Shown: positions 1-10,755 of the stretch, one piece after another
How positions within the stretch are numbered: the stretch's first letter is position 1
Layout of the letters: every line of letters begins with the position of its first letter
Translations under genes and position numbers: made by a program
Origin: Alphaproteobacteria bacterium
GTDB taxonomy: Bacteria; Pseudomonadota; Alphaproteobacteria; UBA828
DNA: 64,000 nucleotides
Assembly: GCA_965237415.1 (NCBI GenBank)
Contig: CBDEFM010000002.1
Location: 832,001-896,000, forward strand
Direction: 5' to 3'
The notes under the pieces: model-generated
The model's database searches: none
What the model saw: only the letters and a program-made list of their open reading frames with translations
Told to the model about the DNA's origin: nothing

Positions 1-3000
1 CACCGCGAAGGGCGCGCTCAGCAGCGCATCGTAGCGCCGGTCCGCCGGGTAGTCCTCCAGCGCCCGCGCCGTGACCGTCACCTCGTGCCAGTTGTTCGGC
101 GTGCCCGCATAGATGGGGATGAAGTCCGTCGCCCTGTCCGGGAAGTTGGTCATATCGTAGACCTGGTCCATGGTGAGGGGTTCGCCGTGCTCGTCCCTTC
201 TCCAGTCGTCGAATTCGCTCTCGCAGCTCAGATTCGTCATCACCGACGGGTCCACGTCCATCGGGCTCGCCCGCAGCCGCCCCGCCGGCGACTGGATCCT
301 GTTCACGATCACATCGTGGATGCCGCTGCAGGGCTTGAGCCGCACGCGGTACCTGCCGCTCCCACCCATGCGCACGTACAGCTGCCTGTCCGGGGCATCG
401 CGCCAGACCCCGCCCGCGAAGACCTGCGCGTCCAGCGCGTCCACCGCATAGGGGCTCCGCAGCGGCGTCTCGCCCGCCCGCGCCGTGCCGTACCACCTCG
501 ACTGCATCCGCGAGGAGTCGAAGTCGGGCGAGAAGTCGATGTCCACCCGGTACCAGCTCCCCGCCTCCAGGCCGCTCAGCACCAGCGTGACGTCGCCCTT
601 CTTCGTCAGACGGCGCTCGGTGTAGGCCACCGCGCCCGTGCCGGTGTTCTCGTAACGCACATAAAGCTTGTTGCCGTCCGGGTTGAGCACCCGGAAGCGC
701 AGCCACAGCGTCGAGTCGTCCGGCGTCTGCAGCCAGAAGCTCTCCACCACCGTCGGATCGAGCGTCGCCACGTTCGACCACGGGCCCGTCTTGCCGTTGA
801 TGTTGATCACCTGCACCCGGTAATGGTTCTCCCGGATCACGCCCGGCGCCAGCACCTGGTGCACGTACTTGTGTTCGAACTTCCGCGTGTTCGGCACCAC
901 CGCGTACCAGTTCGCCTCGTCGCCGCACGCCGTCCGGCACACCTCGATCCGGTAGCCCTGGATCTGCGCAAACGGCGCACTCGCGCTGTTCCTGGTGACC
1001 CTGTCGGTGGCGTTCGCGGGCCGGGTCCAGTTCAGCTCCGCCCGGCCGCTGTCGGTCGCCTTCACCTGCAGGACCTGCACCGCTTTCGGGATCCCCGTGA
1101 GCCGCGCCGTCGGCGTCCCCGGCGCCGAAGCCCACTCGCCGTCGCCGTGCAAGTTCACCGCGCGCACCTCGAACTCGTGGACCTTGCCGTTGGCGAGCCC
1201 CTCCACCCGGTAGCGCGTGTCCAGGCCCACCGACTGCCAGGCCCCGAACGTCCCGCCGTCCGTCTCGCGCCAGCGCACCTCGTAGCGCAGGATCGGGCTG
1301 TCGTTCGCCACCGGGTCCCACGACAGCGTCACGAACCCGTCGCCGGTCTGCGTCGACACGTCCGGCGCCAGCGGCGGGCCGTCGTCGTCGGTCACCGTCA
1401 GCACGAGCTGCGGGTTCGCGCCCTGCGTCACCCGCTCCGGCCGCGGGCCGAAGGCGAGCGTCAGCGTCTCGTTGCCCTCCACCGCCGCGTCGTCCGCGAA
1501 GCTCACCGTGAAGCGCGCCTCCGTCTCGTCGGCCGCGACGGTCACGTCCTCCGGCACGCCCTCAACCTCGTCCGCGGCGAGGTTCGCGCCCCGCGTCGCC
1601 ACGATCGGCAGCACCACCTCGCGCTCGGGCTCCGAGGTCAGCGTCACCGTGACCTCGACCGAACCGCCCTCCACGACGGAAGCCGTGGCCGTGCCGAAGC
1701 TCGCCGCCACGATCGGATGGTCGTCGTCCACCACCGTCAGCACCAGCTCCGCATGCGTGCCGGGCACGTAGCCCGCCGGCAGCGGGCCGAAGGCGAACGT
1801 CAGCGTCTCGTCCGGCTCGTCGAACGTGTCCTGCACCGCCGTCACCGTGAAGCTCTTCGACGTCTCGCCCGCGTTGAAGGTCACGTTCGCCGGCACGCCA
1901 ACAACCTCGACCGTTTCGGGCCCCGCGGCCTCGATCGGTACCGTCACCGTCGTCCCCACCGTTGGTGCGATGGCCAGCGTCACCGTCACCGCGATCTCCT
2001 CGCCCTCATCGACCGAGAGCGCCGCCGCGGCGAACGACACCGCCACGCCCACGATCGGCGTCACCATCACCTGGGCCTCGGCCCCGCCGCCGGCGACGTT
2101 CACCGCCCGCACCTCGAAGGTGTGCACCATGTCGTTGACGAGCCCCGTGAAGGTATGGCTGGTGGTGTTCGCGTCGCTGTCCTGAATCGTCGCCCAGGCG
2201 CCGAACGAACCGCTCCCCACCTGCAGCCGGTACTCGTAGCGCATCACCGGCTGGCGATGGTCCGGCACGGACGGCAGCGGCGCCTGCCACGTGAGCCGCG
2301 CCTCGGTGTCGCCCGCCTGCGCCATGAGATTTTGCGGCGCCGAGGGCGGCGTGTCGTTGTCGAGCACCGCGACCGTCGCCGAGGAGGCATCCGCGTCCAG
2401 CGTATGGAGGGCGAACGCCGACACGTCCGGCTTCAGGGTGAAGACCACCGCTCGCGGCTCCGTCTCCATCGCCGTGTTCGCGAGGGTCCCGAACGTCCTC
2501 GTTGCGGAGGTCACGCCCTCCTCGAGCAAGACCGAACTCGCCGGCGGGCCGCTCAGCACCCCGGCCGGGTCGGCGATCTCGAATGACACAGATATTGCCC
2601 CCCGATAGGCCTGCGTCGCCGTCACCGTCACGTCGAAGCCGCTGCCCTCCGTCACCGCCGCGGGGTCGGCCGAGATCGACAGCTCCGGCACCGGTTCGTC
2701 GTCCCGGTAGCTGACCGTCACGCCGCCGATCCGCGTGCCGAGGAACCGCCCCTCGAGTTCGCCCGAGACCCGCGACAGGTACAGATTGTCCTGGCGCGCG
2801 CTCACTTCCAGTTCGCCGCTCGTCCCCATGGCCGGGATGGTGATCACGTGCACGTCCCCGGCGCCCTGCAACGCGTACGCGGGCCACTCCGTTCCGCCCA
2901 CCGGGGCTTTGTTCCAGTAGAGCGTCACCGTCTGCTCGGTGCTGAACCGCACGTTGTTGGTGATCGTCACCCTCGCCGTGGCCGACGCCCCGCCCTCGGT

Positions 3001-6000
3001 GAACTGCGTGACCGCGTTGCCGCCCGAGTCGGTCAGCGTGAAGCTCCACTCCGGGTCCGGCGTCGTCCTCATGGCGGTCGCGGCGTCGCCGTTGCCGATG
3101 CCGTTCACCGCCCGCACCTCGAAGGTGTACTCCGTGTCGGCGTCGAGCCCGGTCACATCCAAGCGAATCTCGTTTGCGCCGCCCGGGACGTCCGTCCAGG
3201 TGGTCGACGGGGGGACCGAGCTGCCCGCCGCGTAGCGGTACTGGATCTTCTCGATCGGGCTGCCGTTGTGCCACGGCGTGACCCATGAGAGCTCCAAAAT
3301 GTCGGCGGCCAACCGCACAGGTGCCGTCGAAATTTCGTCAAAGTCCGCGCTGAGGCCCCCCGGCGCCTCCGGGGCGGTGGCCGCGAGGTTGTTGGTGACC
3401 GTCGTTTCGGCGAGCGATACCGCCTCGTTGTTCGCCGCGTCCTTGATCGGGTTGCTCCCCGGCTTCGCATAGGCGACGGTCAGGGTGTCGCCGGGGCGGA
3501 AGGCCGAGGCGAGCGTGAGCGTGACGGCGCTGCTGGAAATCCCGACCGTGTCCACCCCGCGGCCGACCCCGCCGACCTCGACGGTGAAGGCGGACGTCGC
3601 CGGCTGCGAGCCCGTGTCGAGCACTTCGCTGTAGGTCAGCACGACCTTGTCGGTGCCGCTGGTCCCCGCGCTCACAAACGTCGGCGCGGTGTTGTCCACG
3701 AGGCTGACGGCCATCGAGGACACGGCGTCGATGCCGTTGCCGGGCACGTCGGTGACGGCGTCCGCGTCCAGCTCCACCGTGATATTGGTGTCGGTACTCA
3801 GAAACGCCGTCATCAGCGTGATCTCGACCTTGGTGCTGTCGGTCGAGTCGATCGCGGCCCCCGTCGTGGTCTGGGTCGTGCCGCCCTTCTTCACCGTGAT
3901 CTTCATGCGGTCGACCGTGCCGATGGCCTCGCTGAAGGTGAGGACCACCTTCGTGAGGTCGCCTGAGGCGTTTGCGCTCGACAGCGTCGGCTTCACGCCG
4001 TCGATCTTGTGGTTGGAGTCAACCGGGAGGGCGGAGTGATCCCTGTTCACCCGCTGGCCGAGCGGTCCTACCACATATGTTACTGAGAAGAAGTCCGAGA
4101 AGGCGTTTGCGTTGACGGCTATCCCGTCGGTGTCGTACCAACCTTCGTCGACTGTGCCTACGCACACGAGCGTCTTCGTGTTCGTGCCGATCGCGCACGC
4201 GGCCTCCGGGTGGTCCTCCCCTGCGGTGTCCGCCGCGTAGTCCGTTTGATACGTGACGTATCCCGGTGTCCTGCTGGTGTTGCTTCCTCCGAGGCTCAGA
4301 TCCTTGTCGAAGGTTAGCGTGAACTCGATGTCGTCGCCGATGATGTAGGTCTTGTCGGTGCCAGGGTCCGAGGTGATCGCGACCGACGTGATTTCCGGCG
4401 GCGGTGTGGGTGTGGCGTTCGCCGACCCTGCGAGGCTCACCCCCGCGTCGCTCTTAGCCTGGATCTCGACGGTGTAGTCCGTTCCGTTGATGAGGCCTGT
4501 GACCTCGAAGTCGTTGAACGCATCTGCGCCGCTGAGTCCAGTGTCCGTCCAGGTCGACCATGTCGCTTCTGCGCCGGCGGTGGTCTTGTAGCGGTAGTCG
4601 TAGCCGGTGATGGATGACGTGCCTTCGGCCGGCATCGGCCAGTTGAGCACGAGCTTTGTGTCAAGTCCCTGTGCGCTGACCACGGGCGTGCCCGGCACGG
4701 TGTCGTCGTCTTCGATGGTGACGGTTGCGGAGTCTGGGGTGCCGATGGTGTACCCGACGATTGTTGCGCCGTCGCTGGCAGTGCGCAGCGTCGCGGTGAC
4801 GGACCCGTCCTCTTCGTTTAAGGCGTCGTTGGTGGTGCCGACGCTGCTTCGGATGGCGCTGTTGCCTGCGCTCATGGTGATCTCGAAGTTTCCTGCCGTT
4901 ACGCCGATGGTCCCTGTTTTGCTTCTCGCCAGGTAAACCGTGATCGCGTCGCCGGTGTTGCCTGTGCGCCTGATATCGAATTGGGCGTCGCTGCCTTCGG
5001 TCACTGTAGCGTTCGCTGGCATCACGTTGACCACCGGCAGCGCCACCGTCGTCCCGCTCGTCGAGTCGGAGGCTGTGCCCGTTCCGGCCGAGTTGGTGGC
5101 CGACACCCGGTAGTGGTACGTCGTCTCGGGCGTGAGGCTGCTATCGGTGTAGGACGCGGTGCTTGCGGTCCCGATCACTGCCCATGTTCCGGCGCTGCCG
5201 CTGACGTCCGGCGCCCGCTCCATCGTGTAGCCGGTGATGGCGGCGCCGCCGGTGCTGGTGGGCGCGGTCCAGCTCAGGGGGATTTTCGTCGGCGTCACCG
5301 TGCCGACGGTCAGGCCCGTGGGCTTGCCGGGGGCGACGGCCACGACCTGGAAAACCTCGGAGAGGGCGTAGAAGCGGCCTTGGTGGCTTGGGTTCCTGGT
5401 GGTACTGCCAGTGAGAGGATTTCCGCCGCTGTCGGCCAGCTCCCCTATCACCACTTGGTCGGGTGTCCCCGGTAGTTGGCTCGAGAGCGTGGTGGTTCCA
5501 AGATATTGCGAGATGTCTCTGGTTCCTGTGTTCTCGCAACCGGTGAAGATCTCGCTATCCGAGGCGCTGTCGAGCCATGTCTGTGCTGTTCCGGACTCGT
5601 TTTTCGGGCTGGTCTCGTCGTCCCACGTCCCGTCGTAGAAGTCGGTGTAGCTGTCAGCGACCTTGTTGCCGTTGAGCCAGTAGATTGAGACACCGGTCCC
5701 CGTCCCGGTGGTGCTCGTGTTGTCGACCGCATCTTTCGCCAGCGTGCACGCCACGACGCGGAATCCGGTGCTGTAGCTCTGGATGTCGGTGTGCCCGGCG
5801 TTGGCGGCAGCCTTCACGTGGGTGTTGTAGTCGGCGATGTCGGTCGAGCTGGCGTCGCGGGTTGTCGACGAGATGAACAGCAGCCGGAACTGGTCGCCGG
5901 CGTTGAGCTCCGATGGAGTGAGGCTCCAGTCGTAGGCCACCTCAGTCTGCGCGCGGGCCGTCTCGTGGATTCCGAGCAGCGCCGCGGCTACGCCGAGAAC

Positions 6001-6711
6001 AAGTGTCAGCGCGCGCAGAGTGCGCGCGGCGCGTGACCGTGTGCGGCTGTGCCGGCGTCGGTTCGGGGAAGGCGCCCGGTCGGGCGCGGCGGAAAGGTCA
6101 GGGGATCGGCGCGGGCCTACCGGATCTGTCGGAAGGGGGTCGGACGGCGCCCTGAGGGGCGCGGAAGGAAGGGAGCTAGGCGGCCGGCCTGACCGGCATC
6201 CGCTCAGCCGAGGCATGACGCGCCCCGGCGGACATGAAGAGGGCGCTCGGCTCGGCTCGGCTCGGCTCGGCTCGGCTCGGCTCGGCTCGGCTCGGCTCGG
6301 CTCGGCTCGGCTCGGCTCGGCTCGGCTCGGCTCGGCTCGGCTCGGCTCGGCTCGGCTCGGCTCGGCTCGGCTCGGCTCGGCTCGGCTCGGCTCGGCTCGG
6401 CTCGGCTCGGCTCGGCTCGGCTCGGCTCGGCTCGGCTCGGCTCGGCTCGGCTCGGCTCGGCTCGGCTCGGCTCGGCTCGGCTCGGCTCGGCTCGGCTCGG
6501 CTCGGCTCGGCTCGGCTCGGCTCGGGCTCGGCTCGGCTCGGCTCGGCTCTATTATAGCACCGCCAGGCCCAACCCCCGGCAGAATTCGGGAATCGACCAG
6601 CCCCCGAACGCCGCATGCCAAGGCGACGCGCCGCATCCCCTGTCCGCCGGCCCCGTTCGCCGACGTATCGCGCGCACGCTCCACCGCCTTCTCACCGTCA
6701 ACGAGGTTCAT
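1..6711 (-). CDS. Giant secreted surface protein/adhesin with FN3, Calx-beta/Ig-like and SwmB-like repeats and an N-terminal lectin-like domain; 3' end lies outside the window
   Basis: The minus frame (codon ends divisible by 3) had no stop where I read it, and the ORF track lists no closed ORF in this frame. Signal-peptide-like stretch LRALTLVLGVAAALLGIHETARA|QTE near 5945-6020, then VAYDWSLTPSELNAGDQFRLLFISSTTRD..., and repeated FN3-type motifs (FEVRAVN at ~1150, ~2100, ~3105). Start uncertain: ATG 6711 (GGAG upstream), 6636 or 6216. Confidence 0.85.
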   Translation of the reverse strand, partial: MNLVDGEKAVERARDTSANGAGGQGMRRVALACGVRGLVDSRILPGVGPGGAIIEPSRAEPSPSRAEPSRAEPSRAEPSRAEPSRAEPSRAEPSRAEPSRAEPSRAEPSRAEPSRAEPSRAEPSRAEPSRAEPSRAEPSRAEPSRAEPSRAEPSRAPSSCPPGRVMPRLSGCRSGRPPSSLPSAPLRAPSDPLPTDPVGPRRSPDLSAAPDRAPSPNRRRHSRTRSRAARTLRALTLVLGVAAALLGIHETARAQTEVAYDWSLTPSELNAGDQFRLLFISSTTRDASSTDIADYNTHVKAAANAGHTDIQSYSTGFRVVACTLAKDAVDNTSTTGTGTGVSIYWLNGNKVADSYTDFYDGTWDDETSPKNESGTAQTWLDSASDSEIFTGCENTGTRDISQYLGTTTLSSQLPGTPDQVVIGELADSGGNPLTGSTTRNPSHQGRFYALSEVFQVVAVAPGKPTGLTVGTVTPTKIPLSWTAPTSTGGAAITGYTMERAPDVSGSAGTWAVIGTASTASYTDSSLTPETTYHYRVSATNSAGTGTASDSTSGTTVALPVVNVMPANATVTEGSDAQFDIRRTGNTGDAITVYLARSKTGTIGVTAGNFEITMSAGNSAIRSSVGTTNDALNEEDGSVTATLRTASDGATIVGYTIGTPDSATVTIEDDDTVPGTPVVSAQGLDTKLVLNWPMPAEGTSSITGYDYRYKTTAGAEATWSTWTDTGLSGADAFNDFEVTGLINGTDYTVEIQAKSDAGVSLAGSANATPTPPPEITSVAITSDPGTDKTYIIGDDIEFTLTFDKDLSLGGSNTSRTPGYVTYQTDYAADTAGEDHPEAACAIGTNTKTLVCVGTVDEGWYDTDGIAVNANAFSDFFSVTYVVGPLGQRVNRDHSALPVDSNHKIDGVKPTLSSANASGDLTKVVLTFSEAIGTVDRMKITVKKGGTTQTTTGAAIDSTDSTKVEITLMTAFLSTDTNITVELDADAVTDVPGNGIDAVSSMAVSLVDNTAPTFVSAGTSGTDKVVLTYSEVLDTGSQPATSAFTVEVGGVGRGVDTVGISSSAVTLTLASAFRPGDTLTVAYAKPGSNPIKDAANNEAVSLAETTVTNNLAATAPEAPGGLSADFDEISTAPVRLAADILELSWVTPWHNGSPIEKIQYRYAAGSSVPPSTTWTDVPGGANEIRLDVTGLDADTEYTFEVRAVNGIGNGDAATAMRTTPDPEWSFTLTDSGGNAVTQFTEGGASATARVTITNNVRFSTEQTVTLYWNKAPVGGTEWPAYALQGAGDVHVITIPAMGTSGELEVSARQDNLYLSRVSGELEGRFLGTRIGGVTVSYRDDEPVPELSISADPAAVTEGSGFDVTVTATQAYRGAISVSFEIADPAGVLSGPPASSVLLEEGVTSATRTFGTLANTAMETEPRAVVFTLKPDVSAFALHTLDADASSATVAVLDNDTPPSAPQNLMAQAGDTEARLTWQAPLPSVPDHRQPVMRYEYRLQVGSGSFGAWATIQDSDANTTSHTFTGLVNDMVHTFEVRAVNVAGGGAEAQVMVTPIVGVAVSFAAAALSVDEGEEIAVTVTLAIAPTVGTTVTVPIEAAGPETVEVVGVPANVTFNAGETSKSFTVTAVQDTFDEPDETLTFAFGPLPAGYVPGTHAELVLTVVDDDHPIVAASFGTATASVVEGGSVEVTVTLTSEPEREVVLPIVATRGANLAADEVEGVPEDVTVAADETEARFTVSFADDAAVEGNETLTLAFGPRPERVTQGANPQLVLTVTDDDGPPLAPDVSTQTGDGFVTLSWDPVANDSPILRYEVRWRETDGGTFGAWQSVGLDTRYRVEGLANGKVHEFEVRAVNLHGDGEWASAPGTPTARLTGIPKAVQVLQVKATDSGRAELNWTRPANATDRVTRNSASAPFAQIQGYRIEVCRTACGDEANWYAVVPNTRKFEHKYVHQVLAPGVIRENHYRVQVININGKTGPWSNVATLDPTVVESFWLQTPDDSTLWLRFRVLNPDGNKLYVRYENTGTGAVAYTERRLTKKGDVTLVLSGLEAGSWYRVDIDFSPDFDSSRMQSRWYGTARAGETPLRSPYAVDALDAQVFAGGVWRDAPDRQLYVRMGGSGRYRVRLKPCSGIHDVIVNRIQSPAGRLRASPMDVDPSVMTNLSCESEFDDWRRDEHGEPLTMDQVYDMTNFPDRATDFIPIYAGTPNNWHEVTVTARALEDYPADRRYDALLSAPFAV
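6246..6549. repeat. Pentanucleotide simple sequence repeat (CTCGG)x60 with one extra G at 6526
   Basis: Directly visible: 56 perfect units 6246-6525, a single G, 4 more units, then CTCT. Confidence 0.98.
6551..6559 (-). promoter_or_regulatory. Possible extended -10 promoter (TGcTATAAT) pointing into the repeat and adhesin
   Basis: Minus strand reads ...ggTGcTATAATagagccgagcc...; a perfect TATAAT in very GC-rich DNA. No good -35. Confidence 0.45.
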
Positions 6712-7136
6712 CTCTTCACTCCAGCCGGCCGTGCCGATGTCCTGCTCTTCTCCGGTCGGTTCAGCCGGTTCGAGTGCCGGTGCGGAACGCCGCCCAACCT
6801 GCCTCAAGGCCTGCGCGGCCACTCCTCATTCCACGCACTAGGCGGGGGGACCACGCGGGAACCTGCTGAACGCCTTCGCGCTATTGTTCCCGGTTGCGTG
6901 AAGAATTCTAGATGGTTGTTTTTCCGACCCTAGACAGAATTATTTTGGGCGTATGGCGCCGCCAATTGCGTGTTTGACGCGACCCATTTCAGGCACGCGC
7001 AATACCGGCATCGCGCCGCCGTTCCCATACCGCAAGGACACATCGAGAGCGCCTTCAAGGCGCCGGGACCGACAGGCCAGAGTGCCGAAGGCACTCCCGC
7101 GCAGCCGACCGTCGCCGCGGCCCGCCGCCCCCGGAC

Positions 7137-7969
7137 TCAGCCTTCGCCTTGCGGGGCGGTCTCCACCGCTGCCTTCCCGGCCGCATCGCTCTTTCCCGTC
7201 TCGGCTCGCAGCCAGTCCAGGAACGCCCGCGCCTCGGGCTTGTCTTCGGAGCCGGGAGCCACGGCGAGGAAATAGCGCGCCGGGGCCGCCACCGGCGGAC
7301 CCAACAGCTCCACCAGCGTCCCGCGCTCGAGACAGGGCGCGATCAGCAGGGAGTGCCCGAGCGCGACGCCCATGCCCTCGACCGCCGCCTGTATCATCAT
7401 CGAGTAGAGACGGTAGCCCGACGCCCGGGACATGTCCGGCGCGCCGGCCTCCCGGCTTGCGAACCAGTGCGCCCAGTAGTCGTCCCAGGCGAGATCGTAG
7501 AGCAGCGGCCATCCATGCAGATCGGCCGGCTGCTCGGGCCGCCCCCTCGATGCCAGGAAGCCCGGGCTGCACACCGGGACCAGCGTTTCCTCGAACAGCA
7601 CCTCGCTCTGCAGGGTGCGCGGGACCGAGGCCACGAAGGCGATCCAGACGTCGAACGCGCGCCGTGCCGCATCGACCTCGTGGTGGTCGCTGAGCGAGGT
7701 CTCGAACTCGATGACGATCTCGGGATGGGCGCTGCGGAACGCGGCGAGGCGCGGCATCAGCCACATCTCGGCGAACGCCTCGACGGCGACGAGCTTCAGC
7801 GCCCCGCCCTTCGCGCCGGCGCGGAAGCGCTCGGCGGTGTCGTCGAACGCGGAGAGGGTGTCCTGGACCTCGATGAGGAACGCCTGTCCACGCGCGCTCA
7901 GGGCGAGACCGTGCGACCGGCGCTCGAACAGCTCCACTCCGAGGTACTGCTCGAGCTTCCTGACACGAT
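7137..7969 (-). pseudogene. LysR-family (GcvA-like) regulator, 5'-truncated within the HTH
   Basis: HRVRKLEQYLGVELFERR...WLMPRLAAFRSAHPEI...AAVEGMGVAL. The N-terminal part of the HTH and a start codon are missing, replaced by helicase sequence at ~7970. Confidence 0.85.
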
Positions 7970-10174
7970 GACGGCGTCGAAGTCGACATCCTTGAGCACC
8001 CGCTCACGGACGAGCAGCGGCGCATCTACGATTCCTACGCAGGCGCCTTCAAGATCATCCACGCCAACATCCAGGAGGCCCTGAAGGCGACCGGCATTGT
8101 GGATGGCGAATCCACTCTTAACAGGAACGCGAAGTCCGCCGCGATGTCGGCCTTCGAGGGCGCGAAGCAGCGCTTCTTCGGCCATCTGCTGACCTCGATG
8201 AAGTGCCCGAGCCTCATCCGCGCGATCGAGGCCGACCTCGACACGGGCCGCTCCGCCGTGGTGCAGCTCGTCTCCACCGGCGAGGCGCTGATGGAACGCC
8301 GCATCGCCGAGATACCCACATCCGAATGGGACGACCTCTCCATCGACCTGACACCGAGGGAGTACGTGCTGGATTTCCTCGCCCACGCCTTCCCTGTGCA
8401 GTTGCAGGAGCCCTTCACCGACGATGACGGCAACGTCATGTCGCGCCCGGTCTTCGATGCGGAGCGCAACCCGGTCCTCTGCCAGGAAGCGGTGGCCAGG
8501 CGCGAGGCGCTCATCCAGAGGCTCGGAGCCTTGCCTCCGGTGCAGTCCGCCCTCGACCAGATCGTCCACCGCTTCGGCCACGACGCCGTGGCCGAGATCA
8601 CCGGCCGCTCGCGCCGGGTGCTGAAGCTCACCGACGCCAAGGGCGAGCGCCTGGCGCTCCGCTCCCGGCCCGCATCCGCCAACCTTGCCGAGACCGCCGC
8701 CTTCATGGACGGCACCAAGCGCATCCTCGTCTTCTCCATGGCCGGCGGCACCGGGCGCAGCTATCACGCCGATCTCGGCTGCGCCAACACGGCGCGCAGG
8801 ATCCACTACCTGCTGGAGCCCGGCTGGCGGGCAGACCAGGCGATCCAGGGGCTGGGCCGCACCCACCGCACGCACCAGGCCTCCGCGCCGCTCTTCCGCC
8901 CCGTCGCGACGGATGTGAAGGGCGAGCGCAGGTTCATCGCCACCATCGCCAGGCGCCTCGACAGCCTCGGCGCCATCACGCGGGGCCAGCGCGACTCACA
9001 GACCGCCATGGGCGGCGACGACACCGCGCTGTTCCGGGCGAGCGACAACCTCGAGAGCCTCTACGCCAAGTCGGCGCTCAGGCAGTTCTACATCGCCCTC
9101 TGGCGCGGACACATCGAGGGCTGGTCCCTCGACCGTTTCGAAGACGCCACCGGGCTCAAGCTCACCTATGAGGGCAACCTCAAGGAGGATCTGCCGCCCA
9201 TGCCGCAGTTCCTCAACCGCCTGCTGGCGCTGCCCATCGCCGAGCAGAACGTGCTGTTCGCGGCGCTGGAGACCCGCATCGAGGCCAATATCGAGCACGC
9301 CATCGAGGCCGGCACCTTCGAGCGCGGCGTCGAGACCATCGCCGCCGACTCGCTCTCGGTTGCCGACCGGGAGACCGTGTTCGTCCATGAGCGCTCGGGC
9401 GCCGAGACCGAGATCGTCGAGATCGCACGGCGGGACAGGCTGGAGCCGCTCACCGCCGACGCCGCACTCGGGCTTCATGGCGACAGTTCGGGCCGCAAGC
9501 CCCGGCTCGTGGTCAACGCCCAGTCGAAGCGCGCCGCCCTGGTCATGCCGGCGCCGTCGCGCATGTTCGACGACGGCGGGGTGCAGGAGCGCGTGCGCCT
9601 GGTCCGCCCCGCGTCCCGCGACACCATGGCGCGGGCCGCGCTCGACGCATCGCAGTGGCGGCAGGCGGACGAGGATCGCTGGCGCGCATTCTGGGAAGCC
9701 GAGATCGCCGGGCTGCCGGCCCACCGGGAGTCCCGCTTCTGGCTCGTCGCCGGCCTGCTGCTTCCGATCTGGGACCGGCTTCCCGACGAGAGCATGCGCG
9801 TCCGCCGCCTCGTCACCGACGGGGGCGAGCACCTGATCGGCCGCGTGCTCGGCCCCGCCGAGGCCACCGACTTCCGCGCCGCCTTCGGCCTCGACGGCGG
9901 CCCCGGCCTCACTGCGGTCGAGGTCCATGACGAGATCATGGCGCGCGGTGCATCGTTCCCGCTCGCCAACGGCTGGCGCCTCGCACGGCGCCGCCTGATG
10001 GGCGCCGACCGCATCGAGATCGAGGGGCCGGCGGACGGCGACACCGCCGCGCTCAAGCGCATGGGCTGCATCGCCGAGATCGTTTCCTGGCGTACCCGCC
10101 TGTTCGCCCCCGATCACGCCACCCTCGCGCACATCATCGAGCGCTGGCCCGTCGCCGCGCCCGACGCCGAATGA
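7970..10174 (+). pseudogene. Strawberry-notch-like SF2 helicase (plasmid/ICE methylase-helicase family), C-terminal part only
   Basis: Frame opens after TGA 7961-7963 at DGVEVDILEHPLT..., with motifs VAEITGR, FSMAGGTGRSYHA, HYLLEPGWRADQAIQGLGRTHRTHQ. The N-terminal P-loop domain is absent. Confidence 0.85.
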
Positions 10175-10253
10175 CCGGCGGGCGCACCACCGTCGCACGC
10201 TGCCGCCCGCATGCCCGCGGGCGGCCCCACCCCCTGCAACGAGGATCATGCCC

Positions 10254-10517
10254 ATGACCGCTTCTCACACGCTCCCCGACGATCCCGTCTACGCCTTCAC
10301 CCCCGCCTATGAGTTGTCCGACGAGCCCCAGCAGATCCGCATCGTCTTCGAAGACATGCCCGGCTATGTGCCCACCGCATTGGTTGCGCTGACGCTCGCC
10401 GATGCTCTCCGCATTTGCGACAAGCTGAATTCCAGGCTCGGTCTGAATCGAGAGGCCTGGTCCGCCATCGTCGGGCGCTCCATGGGAGACGCCCCGAACG
10501 GCGCGCAGCCGCACTGA
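10254..10517 (+). CDS. Small hypothetical protein of the mobile backbone
   Basis: ORF with GAGG-like RBS and GC-rich codon usage, between helicase and ssb; ATG 10248 or 10254. Confidence 0.65.
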   Translation: MTASHTLPDDPVYAFTPAYELSDEPQQIRIVFEDMPGYVPTALVALTLADALRICDKLNSRLGLNREAWSAIVGRSMGDAPNGAQPH

Positions 10518-10755
10518 CGCCTGCCGCGCAACCCGAGACCCGCGTCTCCGCCACCTTCCGCACATCTCGCGATAGCAGCCCCCGCCGTTCCCGCCCGTGC
10601 CGCCGGCAAGGCCCGGACCCTTCCGGCAGGCATCGGCGCGGTTGGCTGACGAGAGTTGGAGGAGGGCTTGAGAGGGGTGAACGGGGAAGGGATCGAGAGA
10701 GACCCGACCCGTTCGGCAACCATCGTCATCAACCAGGATGAACAGGAGACGAACC

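Noticed and set aside
85-2586. 833-aa plus-strand ORF and other long Arg/His-rich ORFs (e.g. 15706-17436, 59650-61548, 61323-63011)
   Set aside because: Antisense shadows of real genes in GC-rich DNA; no motifs.
6246-6549. Possible CRISPR array or separate SARLG-repeat protein
   Set aside because: A pure 5-mer tandem repeat with no spacers and no cas genes; the plus-strand ORFs are by-products of a stop-free repeat.
6940-6970. tggcgccgc as the left att copy of the tRNA-Thr 3' end
   Set aside because: Only an 8/9 match to tggtgccgc with no further similarity; expected by chance.
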